Origin: Piromyces finnis finn
Taxonomy: Eukaryota > Fungi > Neocallimastigomycota
Length of the DNA: 64,000 bases
Assembly: GCA_002104945.1 (NCBI GenBank)
Contig: MCFH01000001.1
Location: forward strand, 496,001-560,000
Direction: 5' to 3'
Part shown: in pieces, positions 1 to 14,200 of the stretch
Layout of the letters: every line of letters starts with the position of its first letter
How positions within the stretch are numbered: the first letter of the stretch is position 1
Notes under the pieces: generated by a model
Seen by the model: only the letters and a program-made list of their open reading frames with translations
Database searches by the model: none
Told to the model about the DNA's origin: nothing
Position numbers and translations under genes: made by a program

Positions 1-120
1 ATAGTCAATTATCAACATTTTAAACAACAAAATAATTATAAATTTTATTAAAGGATATAAAATATCAAGTATAAAAATATTTTAAACATAACTTTAAACT
101 GAAATTTACTAGAAATTATT

Positions 121-121
121 A

Positions 122-196
<75 letters not shown>

Positions 197-198
197 AT
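121..198 (+). repeat. (TAAA)n microsatellite ending ~11 nt upstream of the USO1 start codon
   Basis: Perfect ATAA/TAAA tandem run. It explains the spurious IYLF ORF 48..242. Confidence 0.95.
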
Positions 199-209
199 AG
201 AAAAAACAA

Positions 210-657
210 ATGCAATTTTTTACGAGTAAATTTCGAAGTCAAGCAGCATCAGCTCCACCTTCAGGAGCAGAAATGGTTGAAAAATATTGTGATAGAGCAA
301 CACATGCGACATTAATAGAAGATAGGAGGGCTGCTGTACTTGGTTTAAAAGGATTAGCTCATAAATATAAACTTGTAATTAAATTAAATTAAAGTTATGT
401 AAATTAAAATGAAATAAATTTAATAATTATTATATTATCATTATATGATATTTGTAATAATAGGAAGTTGGTATTAAAGGTATGTCTGTATTACTCGATA
501 TTTTACAACAAGATATTATGGATACAGAAATCACAAAAGCAGTATTGGAAGCATTGACAATTTTGTGTTCACCAAAAGTAAATGTAGTATTATTTAATAT
601 TTATTAAGCTATTATTTATTCATTTTGTCTTATCTATATAGAAAATAGAAATTACTT

Positions 658-754
<97 letters not shown>

Positions 755-3700
755 TGCTACTAATAATAATAATAATAATAATAATTTGTATTAAGGATTC
801 AGAGGAAGAGAAAGAATCAGAATCAAAAGATAAAACGCAAGATGACCTTAGTATTCAGTTTACTGAAATTTTAATAAAAGTAAAATTTAAAATTGCTATT
901 GTATTTTTTTATTTAAAAATTTATCAATAGATTGTAATTTTAATATTGTATATCCATTTTTATTAAAGGATCCAAAAAATGTAACAACTTTGCTTCAAGC
1001 TTTAGAAGGAAGTGATTTCTATGTTCGCTATTTCACTATACAATTATTAAATGCTCTTATGAATAATAAGCCAAATCAATTCCAAACCTGTATCTTAACA
1101 AGCCCAATGGGTGTTTCTAAATTAATAGATTTATTAGATGATAAAAGAGAAATTATAAGAAATGGTAAAATTTATTATTTAATTATACTAAGTTTTATTA
1201 TATTGATATTTCTTTACCTAATAGTCTTTAATAGAAACTATTATATATATATATATATATAAACAAAACGAAATTAATGGCTAAATAATAATTTTGATTC
1301 AATATTTAACTAAATTATAATTTATAATAATAGAGGGACTTTTACTATTAATTTCATTATCAAGATCAAACGCTGAAATTCAAAAAATTATTGCTTTTGA
1401 AAATGCATTTGAAAAGTTATTAGGTATTATATTACAAGAAGGTGTTACTGATGGAGGAATTGTTGTCCAAGATTGTTTACAATTAACCCATAATCTTTTA
1501 AGATATAATGTTTCAAATCAAGTAGGCATACAAATTTTACTATATCAATTAAATACAAATAAATAATAATTAAAAATTGAAATTAATAATAAATATTAAA
1601 AAAACATATAAAATAATATTTGAATTTATTATATGAATTTTAAATTTAGAATCTATTTAGAGAAAGTAGTTGTATTCAAGTATTACCAAAATTACTAGTA
1701 TCAAGAATTCAAGGACCAAAAAATACTCTTAAAGAAATTAGTTTAACTGATCCAGAAAATGAATGGACTGATCAAAAAATTGTTAATGCTACATTAATAT
1801 TAGGCCTTATTCGTATTTTGGTTGTTCCTAATAATCCAAATACCACAGTAAATCAGGTAACTATTATTTATTTTTATTTTTGATAAACATTTCTTATCAA
1901 AAGTAAAAAAAAAAAAAAATTAATATTTATTATATATATTTTTAATAACAACTAAAAATAGAACGTAATGTTTCAATGTAAAATTATGGATATTTTAATT
2001 GATCTTGCTTTTTGTCCAAGAATTCCAAATAAATTAAAATGTCAATCATTTTATGCTATTGCTGATATTATTAGAGGTAATAATGCCAATCAGGACTCTT
2101 TTGCAAAACATGTTATAAGAAGTGGTGAAGTAATTGATCCAACTACTTCTCCAATAATTTCTTCTCCTTTAAGATCAAAATCCCAAAGTAAATTAGATTT
2201 AGTTCCACCTTCTCCAATTCTTCTTGTTTTAGTTCAAATTATATTAACACCTTCTAAAAATGATGAATTTTCAATTAGAGCAGCAGCAGCATACACTTTT
2301 CAGGTTTTTTTTTTCTTTTTTTCTTTTTTAAATTATTATTATTGTTATTGTTGATGATATTATTTTAAAAGAATTTTATTAAATTTAATTTTTTTATTTC
2401 TTAATACATACATTTTCTATTTTATTTAATAAAGTGCTATGTTAATAATAATCCTGATGGGCAATTAGCTCTTCTTTCAACACTAATGCCACCACCAGAA
2501 GATAATCCAAATGATGAAGTTGATGGTAATTATATTAACATTAATAATGAATTGTTTGGGCAAACTATATTTTTATAATATTTTTTATTAATTATTATCT
2601 GTATAATATATATAAATAAATGATTTTAGATAAACCAAAGACTCCAGGAACAATTATATTATCATCATTATTAGAATGGAATACTACAAGAAAAGATCCA
2701 TATAAAACTTGGTTTGCGGCTGTATTATTGTCACACATTTTAATGAAGAATGAACAATGTAAATTAATGGCATTAAAGTTAAATCTATATGAATACGGTA
2801 TGTAGTAATTTATATTTTTAAACAATTTATTGTTCAATATGCATTATAAAATCTAATTTTTATTTAATAAATAATAAATGACTACAGATGAACCAATTTC
2901 TTTATTATATAAGTGTATGTACTCATATATAACAGCAACAAAAGAAAATGTCGATGTTCGTGTTCTTATTGGATTTTTATGTCTTTTATCTGTTTGGCTT
3001 TATGATTGTCCAAAGGCTGTTGGTGAATTTTTAAAGGAAGGTGCTCATATTTCTATTCTTATCGAAGAAATCATCCAAAGTTCTGATATTGATATCGCTG
3101 TACAAGGTTTAGCTGCATTCTTATTTGGCATATGTTATGAATTTAATGATGGATCTGAATTATCTTTTACTAGGTTAATATCATTTATGTTATTTATTGG
3201 TTTAAATGATAAATATATATTACTTTTGATTTTTCAATCATCTAAATAAGGAAAGTAATGAAATAATCAACAATAATAATATTTTATATTTAAAAATATA
3301 TATTTTATTAGAGAAAAAATTCAACCAATTGTATTAAATAGAATTGGGGCAGATGTTTTCGTATCTAGATTTGAAAGATTAAAAGAATCTGAATATATAG
3401 AAAAAGTTTCACCATACTTACAAGTTATTGTAAATATATCATATATAATGTATCTCTTTGATTATATTATATCATTAACAAACATAAATAATATATTTAA
3501 TATAAAATTAAAAATAGTCTAAGGACAAAGAAAATATAAACAAAGATAGTCTTCCAAACTTATTCTTTGATTATTCATTCATAGAGTTATTTAAATCGTC
3601 CTATGGTAAATAAAATTATATATGCTATGATATGGTAAATATAATTTTAATAAAATACTTTTTTTTTTTTTTATTATTTGTAGATAATATTTCAAGATCT

Positions 3701-4007
3701 ATAATTGAACAAAGAAAAGAAGGTAATTTCACAAATTATAAAATACTAATAAATTTGGTTTAATAATTAATGATATTTATATTTATATAATTTAAATTTT
3801 ATAATATCAGAACCGGATACTGTAGCTATTCAAATGTTAAAAAATAAAATAGAAGCCTTAGAAAATAAAATAAAAGAATTAAATAGTAAAATAGAAGATA
3901 AAGATAAAAAATATGAAGAACTCGTTGATGATGTATGCATAAAAAGTGTTGATTTAATAAAATATAAACAATAATATGAAAAAAATTAAACTAATAAAAA
4001 TCAAATG

Positions 4008-4042
<35 letters not shown>

Positions 4043-4488
4043 ATAATAGAATGAGAATTATCAATCTATAATAAATAAACAAAATGATGAAATAAAACAA
4101 AAAAGCGAAAAGATCTCTAATTTAGAAAAGCAATTATTAGAGCAAAATGAATACAATGCTAAAAAAATCCAGGAATTAGAAAATCAACTTAATATAAATC
4201 AGGAACAAATAAACCAATCTACTAATCAAAAATCTCAACAAATAGAATCAGAAAACTTTGCTTCTAATCTTCAATTAATTGAATTAACTAATAAGAATAA
4301 TGAATTAGCTCAAGAATTAGAAAAACAAAGACAACAATATTTAGAATTAGAACAAGAACAAGACGATTTGTTAGTTTGTCTTGCTGAACATGATTTAGAA
4401 ATTAAAAAATTAAAAATGAAATTAATTGGTTATGGTGAAAAAGATATTGTAATTGATGATGATGACGATGACGACGACGATGACGACG

Positions 4489-4581
<93 letters not shown>

Positions 4582-5391
4582 GAGATGTTGATGGTAATAA
4601 TGATAATGATGTTGTTGATGATAATGAAAAGGAAGAAAAAAATAATGTCGAAGTTAATGAAGATAATATGAAATCAGTAAACATTACTAATGATAATACT
4701 ATTGTAAATACTGTATCTGAAACTACCCAATTTACAAATGAAAATGGTAAATATTAAGGATAATGTTTTTTTTTAAAAATATAAATATTTTTCTTTTTAT
4801 ATATATATACTAACATTAATTATAGATAATTTACCAATAAATACAATATCGGTAGAATCTTTTGATAATACTAATACACAAAGTAATGCTACACCAATTT
4901 CATTAGAACCAATTGTATTCCAAAATATAGAGAATAATAATGATTTTTCTGTACAATATAATCAACAAAATACTCTTCAAGATCCTTCTTTAGTCCAATT
5001 AGCACCACCAGAAACATCTACTAGTTCCCAAATTATATCACCACAAAATCCTCCCATTGTTTCCCCAACTCTTGCAATAAATCAATCTAATCAAATAACC
5101 TCACCAATTACTAATAATCTTACCCCAACTCTATCTAATGTAAACCCAACAAGTCCATTATCATCATCTGGTTTAACTACTTTCACTCCACCACCATTAT
5201 CTAGTATTCAAATGGTAGAGGATAGTTACACCCCAGCTCCAAAACCTGGCAATAGTGCATTACCACCTCCCCCAAGTGATTTAGTCATTCAACAACAAGG
5301 TGGATATAATTACAATAATCGTCGTCATAATCGTCACCAATATACAAATTATGTTTCTAATGTTACATTTTTACCACAAACTGAAAATTAA
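210..5391 (+). CDS. USO1: Uso1/p115 ER-Golgi vesicle tether, multi-exon: ARM head, coiled coil, acidic/poly-N tract, Pro-rich tail
   Basis: Spliced exons read TLIEDRRAAVLGLKG, DFYVRYFTIQLLNAL, ILTSPMGVSKLIDLLDDKREIIRN, NAEIQKIIAFENAFEKLLGII, EGVTDGGIVVQDCLQLTHNLLRYNVSNQ, LCLLSVWLYDCPKAVGEFL and QGLAAFLFGICYEF (Uso1_p115_head-like), then ELEQEQDDLLVCLAEHD (Uso1_p115_C-like). GT-AG introns; stop TAA 5389-5391. Confidence 0.93.
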
Positions 5392-5677
5392 AAAAAAAAA
5401 AAAGATAAATATTTTTTTAACTTTCATTTTAATTAAGCATATTTTATATTAATTTATATTTTTTATTAGATAAAATATAAAATTAAATTGATTATTCAAT
5501 TTTAAAAAAAAAAAAAAAAAAACATTAAAGTTTCATTTTTACATATTCTTCATTGAAATAAAGAATTTCAGAAAATACGAATGCAATAATATAGGTAATG
5601 GACAATACTGTTAAAATGAAAATAAAAAAGAAAACATAAGTTTTTCAAGAAAGTATTTTAAATACAATTAAAAATAA

Positions 5678-5720
<43 letters not shown>

Positions 5721-6099
5721 GAAACTATATAATTAGTTAGGAAATATTAATGAAAAAAAAAAAAAAATAAAAAAGAAGAAATATATAACTAAAATATTAC
5801 TATATTTAAAATATATTAAAGTAAATAATATGGAATAAAGAAACAAAAATATTCAACTAATTTATTGAAATTAAAGTATAGTACATATTTTTCTACTTTA
5901 AATATTATACTATAATTTTTAATATATCATTGATTATAAGTTTTGCATAACTAAATAATAATTTGATATTTAACAATTATTATGAAAATATTAAATATTT
6001 TTTGAAAAATAAAGTAAAATCAAGATAATATTATCTATAAAAAAATGTTTTTATTATTATTATTGTTTTCATTTTTTTGTGTTAAAATAATTACTTTAA

Positions 6100-7149
6100 T
6101 CATTTTGTTCTATTCTGTTTTATTTTCAACAATTCATAATTAACAAATGGTATTGAATCTTCATTCTTTTCTTTATGTAACATTAATTTTTTAAGATTTC
6201 CTTCTACAGTTCGAGATTGCTTAATATTAAGTTGTCTTATCCTTGATAAATCTTCCGTTCTTTTAGGATGAACCTATAAATAATTAAAATAATTATACAT
6301 TACAATATTATAATGTTTAATATTATAAATAGTTTATTCTATATAATAAAATAAATAATTTAATAATTATTTCTTACAGAAGTTTTCATATATGTATATT
6401 GATGAGGAAATTTTGGAAGATAACTTGGTATATAATCTGGGAAATCATCTAATTTCTCATCATCAATAATTTTGTGAGGCTTAACAATGAATTCATCAAT
6501 TTCAGGTTTAATTTCTGATAAATTCTCACATTTCATTGATTCTTTAATTATTATTATTATTATTATTATTATAAATTTTTTTTTTTTTTTAATTCAATAT
6601 ATTCATTTATATTCATTATTTGTATATATATAAATCTTTAAAAAATAAATTATTGAAATATAATATTGCAAAATAATATATTACTTTCATTTTTTGTTCT
6701 TTCCATATATGATAGTATATCATTTATTGAAATACCTAAATCATGAAATGCTAATCGTACATCATCAATATTAGGTTTTGTTCTTGCTGTCAATTCGGTA
6801 TATGAATGTACTAATTTTAAAAGACATTCTATATCTTATTAGAGTAATAATAAAAATAATAAATGTAAATATATAGAAATTTATTTGTACAATAGTATAT
6901 ATATTTTTGAATATGGTTGTTATTGTGATTTTATATATAATTACATGAAGCAAATATATCCGATGAATAAGATAGTACACTTTCTGAAACGTTATTTATC
7001 CCTATTGATTTGTATATTTTTGCTACTATATTTTTATTATAATAATTTATATGGTCAATGGATGATTGATTACTGTTAGAATTAGTATCACTTTCTTCAT
7101 CAGTTGAATCTGATTTGAAAATTTCATATGGTATATCCTTATATGACAT
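6100..7149 (-). CDS. TAF8: TFIID subunit 8 (Bromo_TP histone fold plus TAF8_C), multi-exon
   Basis: Spliced: SESVLSYSSDIFASYIECLLKLVHSYTELTARTKPNIDDVRLAFHDLGIS (histone fold), then DFPDYIPSYLPKFPHQYTYMKT and DLSRIRQLNIKQSRTVEGNLKKL (TAF8_C pattern). Stop TGA 6102-6100. Confidence 0.85.
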
Positions 7150-7561
7150 TTTCTTTTATATTTACAACAGATAGTAATATTATTATATTTATTAAATTTA
7201 TGCTTATGTATGCTTTAATTTATATATATATAAAGAAAATTTAAAATCTCTATATCTTCTTATCTCAATTATTACAATTTTAAAAAAGCTGATATTTTAT
7301 TATTAAAAATTTTTATTATAATTTAAGTTTAATTTTTATTGGTTTGCAAAATATAACATTTTTAGAATTTTGAAAATTTTAATATTTTAATATTTAATGG
7401 GTATATTTTTATTAATTTATTATTTTTTGAATTAAAAAATAAGTAAAAAAGTTTACTTGAAAGTTATTTTTTTAAACAAGCAAATTGTATGAAAAAAAAG
7501 ATAAAAATAAAAAATAAAATAATAATAATAACAATAATTAATAATTACATAAAAAAAAAAA

Positions 7562-8775
7562 CTAGCTGTCGGATTTTGATACTTTAAATCTATCAAAATC
7601 TAAAGAACTTCCTACACCCTTAATTAAACCATGTCCTGGAGTAAAATCTAGTTTATTAAGATAACCATGATCTCGTTCAATATCATTTTGAATTTCAGAT
7701 GCAATTTCAACAAATAATAAATCCCAATCCCAATGTCTATCTTCCTCCATTATTTGGTCAGGATAACATAAAGAATTATTTGATAAAAAACTTAAATCAA
7801 TACCTAAACATGCCTTAATAAAATATATATATATATATAATATTATAGTTAGTTATATAATAAAAATTATATATATATTTTTTTCTTTTCTATAAATAAA
7901 ATAAAAATATATACTTCATTTAATCTGTCTTCTGAATTTACAAATTCGTTTTCAAATTCTCTCATTGTAGGGATTCTATTGATTTTTATTTGAGGAGGTG
8001 CTGCAATAGTTGTTAACATTTCATTCTTTTCTTCTTCTTCAATATCTGGAATGATCATAATGTCATCATCTATCATTTTGTTTTTATTAAAAATCAATAT
8101 ATATATTAATATATATTAACGAATTATTTTTATTTCATCTATAAAAATAATGGACTTAAATAGTTGATACCTTTATTACTAAGTACTCTTTCTGTTACTC
8201 TGATTGTTATTCATGACATTTATTTATTATTTTTTATTAAAAAAAAGAAATATAGGGTAAAAATTGCGAAAATATAATAATATGTTAACATTGTTGTTAC
8301 GAAAATAAAAAGGATAATATATGTGATTATAAAATGTGTACTTTGGTTTTGGTGCTAGATCTTCTGAGGAAGAATTGGTATTTAGTGAACTTTCATTTTT
8401 CTTTTTAAGACCTTCTCTTGATTTCTTTTTTCTTTCTTTTTGAGGTCTTTGTATTAAATCATTATCTAATTCCTTTTTAAATTCATTTTCATCCTTTTAA
8501 AATTATTTAATATAATATTTTTTATAATATTAATATATTGAACAAAATTTATATATATATATATATAAAACTACTATTAAAATTTGATATATTATTATTA
8601 TATATTTCATTAAGCATACTTTTAATTCATCATCCAAAATCCCAAGACCATTTTTTGGTGCAAGTTGCCTTCTTTTATGTTCTCTTTTTGGTTTTTCACC
8701 AAGACTCAAATTTATATCATTTTTATCCAATTTTTCCTTTTTTCTTTCTTTCATATTATTTATAATATCCTCCAT
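7562..8775 (-). CDS. IFT43: Intraflagellar transport protein 43 (IFT-A), multi-exon
   Basis: DDDIMIIPDIEEEEKNEMLTTIAAPPQIKINRIPTMREFENE and GIDLSFL...EEDRHWDWDLLFVEIASEI match the conserved IFT43 C-terminal pattern (IPDLE..AAPP..WDWD.LF.EVSSE). Confidence 0.88.
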
Positions 8776-9222
8776 TTTTTAATTATTTCACTTCTTTAAA
8801 AAAAAAGTTTCAAAATTTCTATAAAAATTATTAAAAGTATCTATTTAAAAGAAATTTTATTATTCTATTTCTATTTTAATTTATTTTCAATGTAATAACA
8901 ATTTTTGAAAATATTGAAAAAAAAATATTTATTTCAAAATTATATTATGAATTCGGAGTTAAAATAATAATAAATAGAATTTGAATTGCAAAGTTTTATT
9001 ATTATTATTATTAAAGTAAAAGATTTATATAATTAAATTATTCAAAATATCCAATGATTTTGTGAAAATAATATATATAATTTAATATAACATCGAAATA
9101 CAAAACAGAAGTGACAGCTTTAACTAATATTATAAAATGATATTGATTAGCTATTCAAATTAAAGACAGTTTTGTTTTTATATTAATTTTAACATTAAAA
9201 AATCCATTAATAATAATACGAA

Positions 9223-11167
9223 ATGACTTTTAAAAATCCATACTTGAATGAATGGAAAGGTAATTCTATAATAATTATTCTTGCTTTTTTTTATCTTCAA
9301 TTTTTATTGTGTTACTCTTTAAAAATAACATTAAAATCTTATAGTTAAAGGAAGGCCTGGATTTCTAGATATATTCGCATGTGTATTAAAAAGAGATAAT
9401 AGAATTGATGACTATGACTTTTTTCAAAAGCTATTTATCAATTTTTGTTTGTATCTTAATATATTATATAAACGAACTTTTAGTTTATTACTTTAATATT
9501 ATTTTTAATAAATAAATTATGTATTTTATTATTCCTTAAAAATATTATAGCATTTCAATATCCACTTAATAATGAAGCTATTCAATCATTATTAAATATA
9601 TTAGAACACACTGATAATGTTGAGATTATAAAGATTTTAATTAAATTATTACATGAATATATTTTAAGTGATGGTAATTAAATATTTCTTTTAAAGTTAT
9701 AATTAAAAATTATAAAAAGAAAATATTATTTAAAAATACATTTTTTTTTATAAAAAATAAGAAAAATATAAAAAGAAATTATTTGATAATGGTATTATTG
9801 ATGCATGTATCTTTCATCTATTAAATAAAAATACTGAGAGTTATTTAAAAGAACTCTTTGATTTTATTAAAGATACTAATATACCCAATGGCAAGAATAT
9901 AATATATAGAATAATCTTTTCCAAAAAACTTATACATAGCTAATAACATATTATTTAATTACTATATTTAATAGAGCTTACAAAACTTCAATGCTTAATA
10001 TTTTCAAAAATATTTGAAACTTGTTTCGATTTATATAAAAATGACTCAGACGTAGTAAATAAAATTTTTGAATGCTTTTATACATTTTTAAAATCAGGTT
10101 GATTAAATATTTATATTATATTATATATGTAATTACCACATTTTTTCATTGATATTAATATAAATAATTTATAGAATTTTTTATATATAATTTTGCAAAA
10201 GAGTTTTCTATATATCCACTTTTAAAATTTCTAAATCCATTATTAAAAGGGATTTCCACTGAAACAGTAACACATGCTTTAAATTGTATTAATTTAATGA
10301 TTAAATATAGTAATATTAATTATATAACTAATAAATATATATATATAACTTTATAAATTTTTAAATACTAATATAATGTAATTATATTTTATATATTAAA
10401 AGGAGTTGTATTAGAGGATATGACAAAAACACCTATTATTAAATATTTATTACAACAAATTTTAAATAAAAATTTCGATGTAACTAAAGCATCCTACCAT
10501 TTATTATTAAGACTATCAAATAGTGGTTTGTGTCTATATAATTTATTGCAATTATTTTATGTAATGTTCTTGTTATAGTAATTGATTATGAAATAAAAAC
10601 AACTTATTATCTAAAATAGATACATTAGCTAATAATTTTATAAAAGAGTGGGGTTCAATGCATGTTTCATCAGTTATGAAAAATAAAAATATTGATCTAT
10701 TGTTTCCTGTCGTTCTTTTAATAAAAAAATTACTAATAAAAGGTATAATGTTGTTAATAATATAATATTTTAATTCGTAAATCTAAAATTCTAATTTTTC
10801 ATAATAGGAAAACTTAACAAAAAAAATGACAGTGTTAATTCTAATTCTATCTTAAAAGTATTTCAAACTATGAGAGAAAAAAAGAGAAAAGAATCAGGAA
10901 ACAATACTGATTATAACATTGTAACTAAAAAATTAGAGAATGAAATATCAGAATTCCATTCGGAAGTATATGTACTTGATAATTTAGAAAAGCCAGCTGA
11001 AATTCCAGTAAGTACAAATAAGTTGGATGAAAATGAAAATGAAGATGAAACTGAACTGTTACAGCTTGAGGATAAATTTCAAAATAAGCAATCTGAAGAA
11101 GAAGATATAAAAGAAGAAGAAATAGATATATCAAAGTTAATGGAATTAAAAAAACAAGAAGAAGAAG

Positions 11168-11208
<41 letters not shown>

Positions 11209-14200
11209 CAAAAAGAAAAACGTAAAGATGGAATGTTAAAAAAATATAATATTGAAAAAAATGATGAAGAACAAATCGATTATACAAAATTAGATGATAT
11301 CTATATTGATGATGAGTACAATAAAATTAATAAAAATAGTAATGATGATATTTCTAATTTAACAAAAGAAAATAAGACGTTTAATCAAAAAATTGATGAA
11401 ATCCGTAAAAAGATTATAGACAAGGGCGATATTAAAATTAGTAATAAAGCTACAAAGACAGAAAGTAAAAAAAAAAATAATAATAATAATAATAATAATA
11501 ATGATAATAATAATAATAATGATAATAATAATAATAACAACAACAACAAAAATAATAATAAAAATAATAATAATAATAACAATAACAACAACAACAACAA
11601 CAACAACAATAATAATAATAATAATAATAATGTTATCACAAAAAATCCAGATCATAGAAATGCAAAAGATTATCAAACAAAAGTAAATAAATTTAATAAA
11701 TTTGTTAGTGTTAATGTAAAAAAAAAAAAGGATAAAAAAAGCAATCAAGAAAATAATAATATTAGTAATAATGATGAAAAAGAAACACAATTAGGAAAAG
11801 TAAATAGTATGTATGAAAATGAAAAAGAGAAAGAAATTTCTGTATCAAAGGTATTTCCAAACTTTTCTAATGATGATGTCGATGATTTCATTGTAGAAAG
11901 TAATAGTCCTATTGAAGAGAGTGATTACAATATATTATCATCAAATGATGGTGATTTTAAAGATATTGATATTTTAAAGGATGATGATACTGACGTTATC
12001 AAAATAGAAACTCTTGAACAGGCAGAAGATAATAGTATAAGCCCAGTAGATAAAAAAGAAATAACGTCTACTTTTAAAAGTTTAAAAACCAATGAAACAG
12101 TTCAAAGTTTAATGATTAAAATTAGAGAACTTCTCGGTGATATAGAAATAAATGAAGATGAATATAAAAATATTGATTATTTTTTAAAAGAAGAAGAATT
12201 CACTGTAAATGAGAAAAAGAATATTGATGATGTTGGTTATGTAATTCATAAAGAAATACTATATAATTTTTATAATGATTTAATGGAAATAAAAAATGCT
12301 ATTGCTAATAATGAAGATAAACAAGCAGTGACATATCGTCTTTTTGGAGATTCATTAAATAATATTAATTTTCTGGACGTATTTAAATCAAAATTAATTA
12401 CTTCACTATATAATTCAGAGACTATATCAAATTTAGAATATTCATATATAGAATATTTGACCAAAGAGAAAAACAAAAATAAAGAATATCAAACAAGTAG
12501 ATCAACAATTTTAGATTTATTCGAAGAAGATAGTGATATTGATGATGATATATTTAATAAATGCATTACTGCCTTAAAATATCAAGCAATGAAAGCTAAC
12601 AATAATAACAAAAACGAATCTGTTGATAAAAATAAAAAGAAAAAGGAGCAATTGAAATTTTTTAAGAAAAAAACTACTGAAAAAAAAATTAAAAGTAGAA
12701 AGAAAAGAGAGAAAAGAATATATAATGAATATCAGAAAGACCTTTCAAAGAGACATCCTTTAAAAGGAAAAATAAAAGAAAATGATAAGTTTATGGAAAA
12801 AAACTTTTCAGAGATTAATTTAGAAAAGGATATCAAGCCAATAGAAGAGATGTCTGATGACTTTTTATACGAAAAAGTTAAAGGTATTACTTTTAACTTA
12901 TTTTTTTTATAATATTATAATATAATAGCAAAATTTAATATGTTATTATTATATATATTGTAATAAAAGTAAGTTTCTAATATTATTAATTTCATTAAAA
13001 ATTTCAATTAAATAGAATATGGTTCAAGTTTATTCAAATCAAAAAGTTCAATATCATCAAAAGAAATGACACCTAAAGGTATAATAAAATAATAAAATTT
13101 AATAATATATATAAAAATAATAAAAAAAAAATATATTTTATATATATTCCATCTAATTCTTGTATTCTTATAATACTATTATATTGATTGATGAAAAAAA
13201 AAAAAGAATCAAATATTGATTTAGACATTGCTGTTCATTCAAATCAAGTTAATGATGATGTTGATAAAGACATTATTTCAGCTATAAATAAATATAATTC
13301 ATATAATGATAATTCTAACAACATTAACTTTATAATGATTTCTGTTCTAAATGAACTCAAAAACTCAAAACATTTTCATGAAAAAATTAGTACATTATAT
13401 AAATTACAAGAATTATCCCTATTTAAGAGTAGTATCTTCAATATTAATATAAAAATAATTATATTAACTATAATCATATATCAAATAATTAATAATATCA
13501 ATATATGTTTATTTATATATTATAGAAAATATTGATGAATATTATTTATTAAAATTGATAGAGGAAATAATAAATTATATAAAAGATAATGATAACAAAG
13601 TAATATTGAGACTAGTCTATAACATAATTTTAAATTTAATAAAGAATGGTAACAAATATAAATTAAAAAAAAAAAAAAAACGCTATTAGTAAGGTTTAAT
13701 ACTTATTATTCTTCTGTATATATTCTCTTTTCTTTTTTTTTTTTTTTTAGATAAATATAGAACAATAATTGGAACAAATGTTAATTTATTTAAATATATA
13801 AATTACGGTTTACAAACTTACGATATAAAAATTATTGAAGTAAAATTTAACTAGAATATAATAGTACTTATATAAATTTATAATCAGTACTAACATTAAA
13901 TATTAAATATAAAAATAAGATTGCTGTTGAAATAATATATATCTTTTCAAAAGAAGGTAATATAATATTTGATATTTTCCATAATTATAGCTTAAATATA
14001 TTAATAGTTCTATTTTAAATTTTTCTATTTAAAGATATATATACGGAGAGATTAATCAATACAGGTATTTATATTGACAATAACTATATTTATGGCACGA
14101 TACTGAATAAATAACTAATAATTGATATTATTTATTATTTTAGGTGTGTTAGAATCACTTGTAATTTTAAGACATCATATTTCTAATGGCACGATTTTAA

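Noticed and set aside
48-242. IYLF-repeat ORF and similar poly-I/L/Y/N ORFs (e.g. 4430..4684, 4453..4671, 11359..11790, 17893..18102, 26004..26261, 26443..26649, 45046..45429)
   Set aside because: These are translations of microsatellites, or antisense/alternative frames of low-complexity coding DNA.
8776-9222. RFX X-box in the IFT43 promoter
   Set aside because: No GTTGCC-N-GG[CT]AAC-like palindrome seen.
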